This document shows positions 9,763-20,134 of a stretch of DNA of 26,269 bases, in pieces; within the stretch, counting starts at the first letter, position 1, and every line of letters begins with the position of its first letter. A program made the position numbers and the translations under genes. Under the pieces are notes generated by a model, which was not told the DNA's origin, made no database searches, and worked only from the letters and a program-made list of their open reading frames with translations. The DNA comes from Vitrella brassicaformis CCMP3155 (Eukaryota; Protista; Chromerida), in the NCBI GenBank assembly GCA_001179505.1, contig CDMY01000732.1, forward strand, positions 1 to 26,269, written 5' to 3'.

Positions 9763-12150
9763 TTGGTTGGTTGTGTGTGCAGGAGGTGCTGACTCGTGTG
9801 GGCGACCTCCGGCTGCTGGTGTTGGTCAGCCCGTTCGAGCGTCTGTTGAAGCGGCTGCTGAAGGAGACGGTGCGGTGCTGGGCCTTCAACACAGCACACA
9901 GGTGCCGACTCGCCGCCTTCATTCTCTGCCGCAACTGGGCCGCACTCGCCTCGCACTTCCAGGAAAACAACAAGGCCAAGGACGCGCGCGCGGCGTTCGG
10001 TGCGAAAGACGTTGTGCAGCTGCTGTGCCGGGGGTTCGCCGCTGCTGTTGGGCGAGGGTAAGGAAGAAGACGCGATGCCTGAGATGCCACCCATGTGTGC
10101 GTGTGTGTGTGTTTGCTGTTGTGTGTGTGTGGTGTCAGGTACACGTGGCGGAATGTGAGCACCGTTCAGTTCCTGGAGAACTGCATCGTGGAGCTGCTTA
10201 GGGCCGACGACGCCCTCGCGCACACCGTCGCGCTGTCCAACGTCAGACAGGTGCGTAAGTATCTGTCTGCGTGCGGGTCGATGACAAACCAAACCAAACC
10301 AAACACAAGACGAAGCACACCAACCTTTGTGTGTGTCTACTAGCTTGGGTTCCTGGTGCGGAGTGCGTGTGTGGCGGGATCCCATGCGGGGGAGGGCGGC
10401 AAGGAGGTGTCTGACAAGACCAAGAAGCGCAAGCAGCACCTGTGGCAGGAGCGGTCCACCGCCCTCTACAGCTGGGTCTTCCTCTGCCAGTGCCGCCTCT
10501 GGGCCACCGCCATCGTCCAGCTGCCCGCACTCAGGCCGCTCGCCATGCCGCTATACACTGTCGTCACGGCGGCTCTCAAGACCAAGACCAGCTCACTGGT
10601 CGGTCGGGTCGGCCAGACGGGGAGGGAGGGAGGGAGACGGAGGGAGACACACAGAGGCATTGATTGCATTGGTTGTGTGTCTGTGTGCGCAGGTCTATGC
10701 GCCGTATTCGCTTCACTTGGTGGGGATCGTCAATGACCTGGCGTCGGGCCTGGAGGTGGGTGGGAGAGAGGGGAAACGACACACGCCCCACACACAGCGG
10801 AACACTGCATCCGTCCGTCGCTCTCACTCCTCCCTCCCTCCCTCCCTGCTTGTGCGCGTCAGCTGTTCTTCCCTGCCGTGACGTTTGTGTTTGACGTCAC
10901 GCAGTCCCTCCTGCTGCAGCTGGACAAGGCTGTACGCTCCAGGGCACCCACCGCTGCTCCTGCTTCTGGTGCTGGTGGAGGGCCGAGGAAGGTTAGCCCA
11001 GGAGTGGGCGCGTCGAAGGGCAGCGACATGGCAGTGGCCCTGAGATTTGCACCCGCACACCTCAAGCTCATTCAGGTGGGCAGTGGGCCGCAACGGGCAG
11101 ACCAGAATACACACACAAACCTACCACGGACGAGCCGAGAGCTATCAAGATGTGTCGTTGGTTGCGTGGTTGGCCGCAGACGCTGGAGAGCCTCGCTGAC
11201 GAGATCATCTTTGTGCTGGTGGACCACCTGGGGAGCCTCAGCCGCCACCCGGCCTTCCCAGAGATGAGCGTGGCCGTCACATTCCAGCTCAAGAAATACC
11301 TCAAGCAGTCAAAGGCACGCACAGCTCGCACACAGAGAGAGAGAGAGACACACAGACACAGCATCTGTGCTGTGTGTGTCTTGTGTGAATGTGACTTCGT
11401 CAGAGTGACAGCTTCCGGCGTCAGCTGAAGGATCTGCTGAGGACGATCGACGAGACGGCCACGCTCATCAAGCAGAAGCGGCTGCAGATGGACCACAAGC
11501 AGCTGCACGCCTTCCTCGACCAGAAGAAGGCGACCGTGGCCTACTACGACGGGACGGACCTGCCGCTCTTCCAGAAGAGGTAGGTGCTCACATACCCCCA
11601 CCCCACCCTCCCATCCGCAATATGTGTGTTGTGTTGTGTTGTGTTGTGTTGTTCAACTTGTTTGTTTGGTCGGGGGGTGCAGGGAGCGGATGTTGTCTGA
11701 GCGTCGTGAGGCCTTCAGGCAGAAGATCGCCGCCGATGCACAGGGACGGCAAATCAAACAGGAGGAACAAGGTAGGTAGGTACCGACCCACCCGCTCAGC
11801 CACCCAGTCCATGTGTGTGTCCCTCAGATGCCGAGGCCCCCCTGAGCAAGCGTCAGCTCAAGAGGAAGCGGCAGAAGGAGAAGCGGACAGCAGCCGCCGA
11901 GGATGAAGAAGAGGCGGCCCCGGGGAGGAAGGCCAGCATCAAGATCGAAGAACAAGACGCCGATGAAGCTCAGGGCGTCAGCAAAGAGGAGGATGGGGAG
12001 GAAGGCGACCATGATGAGAGGCCGAAGAAGAAACGCAAGAAGGCGGCTGCGAGGGCACCGGCACCAGCACCTGGTGCGGAGGGTGTGGGTGCCGATTTGG
12101 TGGATGGCGACATCGTTGAGGAGTTCCGAATTTCAGATGACGATGACTGA
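8423..12150 (+). CDS. NOC2: Nucleolar complex protein 2 homolog (Noc2/NOC2L), 958 aa
   Basis: Exons 8423-9658, 9783-10057, 10139-10250, 10344-10598, 10693-10755, 10863-11075, 11180-11314, 11404-11579, 11683-11771 and 11828-12150 total 2877 nt, open. Signature segments HKKSLAGLQSADPDFYQFLLENDPELLNF, QFLENCIVEL, LYSWVFL...LRPLAMPL and HPAFPEM...LKKYLKQSKSDSFRRQLK, plus a basic/acidic C-terminal tail. Intron 11315-11403 is GC-AG. Confidence 0.93.
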
Positions 12151-13259
12151 ATGAATGAATGAGCGACCCGGGGGATGGGATGGGACGGATACGCGTGTGT
12201 GTATGCGGGTCGCGTTCCGGTCAGTTAGCTCAGGGTTGTGCCCCGTGTGTGTGGGCACACACGGCACTGAGCTACCTGACAGCAGCGCACCCGCGGCATA
12301 TGCAGCTATCGCGGGTGATGCGACGCTTGAAACATTATTGGATGGATGGATGGATGAGGGCTTTTCGTGTGTGGCACTGTAATGCTTGCTTCGTTCGAAG
12401 CGCCTTTCTTTCACTTGTACGACGTTGTGTTCGTATTGCAGTCAGACAGTCCACACGCATAGATAGACGGAACTGCCACCAGTCAGCCACACCCATGCCG
12501 TGGATGCACCCAGCAGCAGCAGGCAGCGCCACAAGAACGGACACGCGAGACAGTCGGCCGACAGACGCCTTCACATCACGCAAACACACGGAGAGCGATG
12601 CGAGTCAGACGATATAACGCCATCACACTGTCTGGTAAAACATCCCTCCCTCCCTCCCTCCCACCGTCACGGTTTCCGTCACACGGGGGCATCCATCCAT
12701 CCATCCATCCAAGCACTCGACCTGTCCTCGTAGACACAACCGAAGGAGACCGCCCCCAACTCCTTCCCTCCCTCCTTACACTTCCAACCCCTTGCATGCC
12801 TGCCTGCCTACCTGCTGGCTGTCCTAGTCTCTGTACAAAGAAGTACTCTGATGCGTGTGTGCAGTGCAGTGCAGCACGGCGCACACGCCTGCCTGTCTGT
12901 CTGTCTGTACAAACACGAGGACCCGCAAGCTCGGCTGGCCACGCACCCGACGCACGAGTGCCTGTCGGTGACCGGCGAGAAAAGGGCTCTGTCGGGCTGG
13001 GCTGGACTTTGCTGGGCGGGAAGAGAGTGAGGGAGGTCCTGTGGTCGGCTGATCGGTGGATGGGTAGCCGCGGTGGCTGGCTGGCTGGCTGAATGCCTCC
13101 GGCAACGTACGTAGGTCCGTGACGGGTTCCGTTGGTCCTGTTGGTCCTGGTCCTGCTGTTCCTGCTGTTGCTGTTGTCTTGTTGTCCTGCACGTCCCCTC
13201 AGTCCTTTGCTGTGCTGCGCTGCGCTGTGGTTGGTGTCTTGTTTGTGTTGCTGCGCTCG

Positions 13260-16200
13260 CTATTGGTTGCTCATCTGGGTGAACTGCTGGGTCTGGAGCA
13301 TCTGCTGCGAGTACTGCAAGGCGTCGTCCAACTGGCCAAAATCCTGAACCACACACCGAGAGAGACAAAACACACATCAGTCCCTCCATCAAGTTGGGGC
13401 CGCTTCGCTTCGCCCCCCCCTTCTGTCTGTATGACGTACCTGTGACATGCCTCCCATGTGCAGCTGCTGTGAGAAATTCTGGGTGAACGGCGCCTGGCTG
13501 CCGCTCAGCCCCACACCCACACCCATACCCTGACTCGGGCCCGGCATCCCCATACCACCCATAGCCATACCCATGCCCATCGGAGCAGCACCGCCGCCCA
13601 CCATCCCGCCCATCCCCGGCACACCCACACCAGGTGGCACACCCATCGCACCACCACCAGCCACCATGGCCATCGGGTCACCCACACCCAAACCGACGGC
13701 ATTCGGCATCTGTGGCATGCCCCGCATGGCCCGTCGGGAGGTGCCGCCGCCCTGCCGCCCCCCGCGGCCGCCGGGTCGTCCGGCGGCCATTGGGTCTGGG
13801 AAGTAGCGGTTGGGGGCCTGCATGTAGGTCTCTGGTGTCATGGTGGGGAGGGGGAGGCCGTAGGCGGGCGCCGGCTGGGGCAGCGCACCGGGCATCACCG
13901 GAGGCACACTGACACACACACACACACACACATAGATCAGACAGAGCACACGGGGGGATGGGTGGTGGGTATCTTTGTGTGGTGTGGTGTGCACACCCGA
14001 GTGGCTGGAACCCTGGGCCGCCGGGCCGCATGCGATCGTAGTCAGACATCTCACCTGCACACACAGAGATGAGATGGATGGACACAGAGGGAAAGACTGA
14101 CTGAAGCTCCATTCTCTGCCCCTCAGTACGTGTGTGTGTGTATGGGCCCTTTGCTTACCAGGTCTGAGTGAGCCGACGCGGTCGTCGGCCCAGTATCTTG
14201 AAGGGGTGCGTGTGGCCTTGGGGAAGGTCATGGACGAGGGCTTCAGGTTCGACAGCGGACCCTCCACCACAAGCTCATACCGCTTGTAGTGATTCAGCAG
14301 GTTGCACCACAGCGTACCTGACACATACACACACACATAGCGGCTTGTTCGCTTCACCATCAGTTGTCAGTCAGCCGATCCTTTGGGCACCCACCCACCT
14401 TGGCCCTTGCGCGTTTCCTTAGCGAGGACCTTGGCGTTGCCGCAGATGACCAGCCCGTACCGCGCACGCGTGAGGGCCACGTTCAGACGACGGGGGTCGT
14501 TCAGAAACCCAATACCTGACCACACACACAGACAGACAGACAGACAGACACCCACACCACGACCACACCCACAGCCACACTCATACGTCCGCATCTGGTG
14601 TGTATGTCTGTGTGTNNNNNNNNNNNNNNNNNNNNNNNNNNNNNNNNNNNNNNNNNNNNNNNNNNNNNNNNNNNNNNNNNNNNNNNNNNNNNNNNNNNNN
14701 NNNNNNNNNNNNNNNNNNNNNNNNNNNNNNNNNNNNNNNNNNNNNNNNNNNNNNNNNNNNNNNNNNNNNNNNNNNNNNNNNNNNNNNNNNNNNNNNNNNN
14801 NNNNNNNNNNNNNNNNNNNNNNNNNNNNNNNNNNNNNNNNNNNNNNNNNNNNNNNNNNNNNNNNNNNNNNNNNNNNNNNNNNNNNNNNNNNNNNNNNNNN
14901 NNNNNNNNNNNNNNNGGGGGGGCACCTTACCTTGGTTCTGGTTGGACCTGACGCATGAGAGTAGGACAAAGTCCTTCTCCCGCCCCTGGAATGCGTCGAC
15001 AGAGGCCACCTCGATGTCCTTGTACAGCTCCTTGCTGATCGACGACGACGGCCGCTGCAGCACCGCAGCGATGTACGACCGCTGGCCCTCGTAGGGCGTG
15101 ATGACGCCGATCTGGCTCGCCCTGCGTATGTGCGTGTGCAGACAAGAAAGAGAAGACCGACGCAGTCATTCGTTGCCAATCGTCGCATCTGTGTGATGGT
15201 TAGGTTACTTTAGGCCGCATTTGAGGAAGTAGGTGACGAGTTTTTCGATGTGTGTGGCCTCGGTGCGGTTGAGGAAGGACGTGCCGCTGGCGCTGATCTC
15301 CTCGTGGCCGGTGCTGTTGTAGAAAAACATCGGCATCTCCTTGCTGAACACACACACACACACACAGAAAGAGAGAGAGAGAAGGCCCGTGTTGCTCTGC
15401 TCTGGTCGGTTCGAGTGTTGTGTGTGGGTGTTGGGTGTGAGCGCTACTTTGGCCAGGGGAAGTCGAGGCCCTCGTAGATGCGCTCGCTGAGCGTGACGCC
15501 GTTCTGCAAAGAGCCGTCGTAGAAGGACTGCGATGGGAACTCACTCAGGCAGGGATGCATCCGGTACTGAATCTGATGATGTCACACCACACAACCACAG
15601 CCACACACACACACACACACACGTGTCTGCACCCCCTCCCTCTCTCTGTGTGTGTGTGTGGTGACAAAGTTACCTCGAGTCTGATAGGTCTGTTGCCGAG
15701 GTAGATGAGTCGCTCAAAGAGTGACTGCGAGAGGCCGGCCTTGGCGGACTTTTTGCAGAGGACGACCGGCCCGAGCTGGCAGTGGTCGCCCACGAGGACC
15801 ACCTGCTTGGCGCCCATAACGATCGGCACCAGACACTCGGTCTCCATCGCCTGGGTCGCCTCGTCAATCAACACCTGATCAGTCAGATAGATCGACGCAC
15901 CGATGGATGCACCCACACCACACACGGACACACACAAATGGATGGATGGGTGTGGTGACTTGACAGGCTGACCTGTCTGAATCTGAATTTGCTGAGTCGT
16001 GCGTCTGCGGCGCCGATGCATGTGCAGCAGATGACGTCTGCGGCGGTGAGGAGTTCGTTCTCCAGCTGTCCACGCAGCTTCTTGAGCTTCCGCTCGTCCT
16101 CGTTGTCCAACTCGCCCACCTCATCCTATAATACATCGAATGCAGTGCATGGCGTCATCCATCCCACCCCATCCATCCACCAAAGATACAGACAGACAGA

Positions 16201-19200
16201 TGACACACACACGTGTGTGCGTGTGTGTGTGTGTGCATGTGTACCTTGAGCTCGAGCAGGTTAAGGAGTTCCTTCTGGTGGCCGCCGCCGCCGGCCTCGG
16301 TCACACAACGGATCTGCTTGTGCAGGGCGAGATGCTCGACGGACGACTGCACGTCCTCACGGCTGCGGGCGTACATCCGGATCACCTGTGCGGAGGGGGA
16401 GGGGGACATACACACACACACACACACACACACAGATGGATGGATGGATGGATGGTCTTCAGCGTGTGTTGTGTTGTGGGTGGGAAAGGCTCACCCACCT
16501 TGAGGCCTGTGTGATGCAGCCTTTCCGCCAGCTGGTCCACGGCGACGTTCGACGGCGCACATACCAACACCTGACCCTGATGCCATAGACAGACACACAC
16601 ACACACACACAGAGAGAGAGTCAGATGACCCGTAGCCACCCACATAGGACTCCGGGAGTCCACCCACTCAGACACCCACCGACCTGGCCCTGTTTGCAGA
16701 GGTGGTACACGATGGTGGCTGAGGTGACGGTCTTGCCCGTCCCGGGCGGCCCCTGGATGAGGCACAAAGGCGACTGCAGCGCCTTCCTCACGGCGTAGAT
16801 CTGCGAGTGGTTCAGCTCAGCCAAACCCGGCGCAGAGAAGTTGCGCGGCAGCGTCGCCCTGACAACACACACACGTGTGCACGGCTGCCATCGTGGATGC
16901 CAGAGTGTTCTTCTCTCGGCCATTGGTACCTGATGGTCTGTTCCTCGATATCGTCATTGCCTAGGAGTTTGTGGAAGAGGTAGCCGCCCACGGAGGTCTC
17001 GTCAGTAGCCAAACGGGTCAGCGCTGCCTTCATCCTGAGCGACAGACAGACAGATGGGCGGAGGGACCCAAGTGGGAGTTTGTGTGAGTTGAGTTGAGTT
17101 GAGTTGAGTTGGGAGGGTGGGCGGCTCACGTATACCCACCTACCTGTCGAAGGCGACGGATTTCCAGACGAACTCGACGCCGTAGTGCTGTGTGATGTTG
17201 CGCTCCCACGGACCCTGTTCAACACAACACATCGAATGCACACGGACACACACACACACACACACACATCCATCCATCCATCGGTGTGCTTACGTAAGCT
17301 GTGTGTGTTCGTTCCCACCGATTGGTTGACGGCCCCCCTGAGCTCGAGGACGACCTCCTCCTGCGGCGTGATCGTCTTGACGTGCCCCTCCTGCTTCCAC
17401 TCCTGCCCACCTGACACACACCACACACACCATCGCCCACCATCCCCCATCCATCCATCCATCCAGCTGTGCGTGTGTGCGCACCGTCGTAGGTGTATTT
17501 GATTCTGATTTCGTCGCCGACGACGAGTCGCACGTCGGCCTCGTCCTTGGGGAACATAAAGATGGCCGTGCGGCGGCGATTCAAAGCCACATCCCAACGC
17601 ACACTGATGTTCGTCTGCACACACACACACACACACACAGTGACTGACTGACGCACCGACCCACCGACCCATCCCCAGCCCACCGACCCACCCACCCCAC
17701 CTGAGTCTGCGACTCCTTGATCTGTCTGTCGTAGTCTGCCTCGAGTTGGATGAGGGGCGTGAAGGTGCCGTGGTACTCGTAGACGTCCTTGTACCTGGTG
17801 GTTGGCACGGCACAATCACACACACATGACAACACAGAATCATGCCCACACCTCTCTCTCCGTGTGTGTGTGCTGACTTGAGCGAGACGGGCTGTGGCTC
17901 GTTGTCGACGCCAGGTTTGTCTAGGTCCTCCAGCTTGGCGTTGGGGTTGGTCTTCCACAGCTCCTCGATGCGGTTGATCTGCTCGGCACTCACAGGGCGG
18001 CACCGACGCGTCTCCTTCTCCTCAGGCACCTGACACACACAACACAACACAACACAGCACAGGCAGACAGACACGACGTGTGTGTGTGTGTAAGTGTGTG
18101 TGTGTGTGTATGGGTACCTTGACGAGCCAGGGCAGGAAGGCTTTGTCCTCTATGAGTGGCTGCCACTGGGAGGTGTCCCAGTTGCCGCCCTGGTCCTTCA
18201 AGGCGTTGTTGCTCAAACACGGCTCTCTGCACACACACACACACACACACGCCTATGTGTCACGCCAAGCNNNNNNNNNNNNNNNNNNNNNNNNNNNNNN
18301 NNNNNNNNNNNNNNNNNNNNNNNNNNNNNNNNNNNNNNNNNNNNNNNNNNNNNNNNNNNNNNNNNNNNNNNNNNNNNNNNNNNNNNNNNNNNNNNNNNNN
18401 NNNNNNNNNNNNNNNNNNNNNNNNNNNNNNNNNNNNNNNNNNNNNNNNNNNNNNNNNNNNNNNNNNNNNNNNNNNNNNNNNNNNNNNNNNNNNNNNNNNN
18501 NNNNNNNNNNNNNNNNNNNNNNNNNNNNNNNNNNNNNNNNNNNNNNNNNNNNNNNNNNNNNNNNNNNNNNCCCCACACGCACACACACACGCCTCACACC
18601 ACCCACTTCACCTGCAGAGGAGCACGACGACAGACTCTGTCTTGGCCGGGATGAAGCCCAGAATGCAGACGTTGCGGCAGCCGCAGTTGTAGCACTCGAG
18701 TGTGGTCTCGCCCAGGGGGCTCTGGGAGTGCAGCGACACCTCCTTGTACTTGGACCGGATGATGTGGTGGACGATGTGGCTGCCCGTCGTGGTGCCCTTG
18801 AAGTTGCAGAACCACTTGTGGGTCCTGTTGCAACGCACCACACACGCCGGATGGTGGATGCCGCAGTACCTGACAGACACACAGACAGACACACAGACAC
18901 AACACACACAATGAATGCACTCACTGCACACGTGGGAGAGGCACTCTCTCCCTCTCCCTCCACCTCCTCTCACCCACACGACTGACCCCCCCACTCACTC
19001 TTTACCTGCAGGCGTGTTCTGGGAGGTTGTTGAAGTCATACTCCTGCTCCTCTTCGTCGATCAGCGCCTCAGCCACAGCTGCTGGCGCCGTACCGTTGGT
19101 CGCACCACCACCACCACCACCACCAGCAGCGCCACTGGCAGCCTTCTGCGGCCCCGGTTCACTCGGCTGCGGCACACCAGGTGCAGCTGGCACCCCATTG

Positions 19201-19439
19201 GGGACTATGGCATCAGCTGAGCCCACACCACCCACTTGGCCCGCAGCGATGGCGTCAGGGAGTCCGTCCTGCGGGCGCTGCGACTGGGGTTGCTCGAGTT
19301 GGGAGAGGTTTGTGAAGTCCGGGTAGTGGAACTCCTGCTGCTGTGTGAAGATGTCGGCGGCGTTGACGTCCAGCTGGCTGGTGGGGTTCTGCGTCAGGCC
19401 GCTGGGGAGACTCAGGTTGGCATAGTCAAAATCCTCCAT
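13260..19439 (-). CDS. UPF1: Regulator of nonsense transcripts 1 (UPF1), SF1 RNA helicase, 1176 aa, 22 exons
   Basis: Exons 19439-19006, 18869-18612, 18226-18118, 18029-17878, 17794-17701, 17614-17485, 17410-17319, 17214-17144, 17034-16930, 16858-16684, 16576-16499, 16385-16245, 16125-15973, 15874-15674, 15572-15448, 15343-15209, 15121-14931, 14515-14399, 14317-14159, 14054-13997, 13908-13440 and 13343-13260 total 3531 nt, open. Contains the CH zinc domain ([16 protein letters not shown]...KWFCN...ECYNCGCRN), Walker [46 protein letters not shown] and [11 protein letters not shown]. Confidence 0.98.
14616..14915. other. Assembly gap (300 N) inside a UPF1 intron
   Basis: The flanking exons join in frame as ...RSNQNQG|IGFLNDPRR, so no exon appears to be missing. 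Confidence 0.95.
18271..18570. other. Assembly gap (300 N) inside a UPF1 intron
   Basis: The flanking exons join as VVVLLCR|EPCLS, colinear with the conserved UPF1 VVVLLCRxPC motif. Confidence 0.95.
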
Positions 19440-19486
19440 CCTACTCTACTCCTCTGCTCGGACAGACAGACAGCTCCCTGTCAGAC

Positions 19487-19641
19487 CTGATTGATGCGGT
19501 CACACAACACAGGACACAGAAAGACATGGCAGGAGACGGTCAGGGAGGGACAGTGGGTGGCGGGAGATGGCCACGCGTGAGCGTCGGCGGCGTGCTTCAT
19601 GCACACGGCTGATGTGGGAGCGCGTCGATGCGGTCACTCAC
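19487..19641 (-). other. Probable 5'UTR intron of UPF1
   Basis: Perfect donor CCTG|GTGAGT at 19641 (-) and acceptor CAATCAG at 19487 (alternative near 19454), just upstream of the ATG at 19439. Confidence 0.5.
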
Positions 19642-19771
19642 CAGGAATGAGCAGGAGTGAGGGCGGTGCGCTCGGATGGGATCGGAATGCCCGGTTTCCA
19701 CTATGAATGAATGCTCCCGCTGGCTTCAAACGCCAAAAAGCAGCCGGAGAACTACGGCAACCTCCGAGTGG

Positions 19772-19798
19772 CTAGGGTTTTGTGGGGTCTAGGGTTTT
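19772..19798. promoter_or_regulatory. Two CTAGGGTTTT direct repeats (telo-box-like AAACCCTA on the - strand) in the UPF1/ankyrin divergent promoter
   Basis: Exact 10-mer at 19772-19781 and 19789-19798. Confidence 0.45.
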
Positions 19799-20134
19799 GC
19801 TATCTTTTGCGACCTCCGTGAGGTTGAGCCCCTCGGTGATGATTTTCAGTGAAGATGCCGAGCGTGTTGGTCATTGTGGGGGTCTGATTCACTGTGATGG
19901 TACGTCTGAGGCATAAATGAGCAAATGAACTGACCTGTGATGGAAAAGCAAAGCGCCACTGGCAGGGCGTGGCATCTCTGTATTTCTCTCTGTGCAGGTG
20001 TCGTCGATGGCTGTGTTGTTGCGGCCGCCGACTGACTGACCAGGTGCGTTAGCAATGCTGGAAGGAGGAGGGATTTGCAAGGGTACTGTGTGAGTCTGTG
20101 TCTGTGCGCATGCAGGTGTGTGTGACTCATTGTG

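Noticed and set aside
12808-13392. Alternative-frame ORF with QQQQQEQQDQDQQDQ after the UPF1 stop
   Set aside because: The in-frame last exon ends in a typical SQ-rich UPF1 terminus at 13260; the Gln run is most simply a 3'UTR simple repeat.
14383-15094. ORFs running through N stretches (also at 18080-18985 and 23183-23810)
   Set aside because: Artefacts of translating assembly gaps. All three gaps are exactly 300 N (placeholder size) and intronic.
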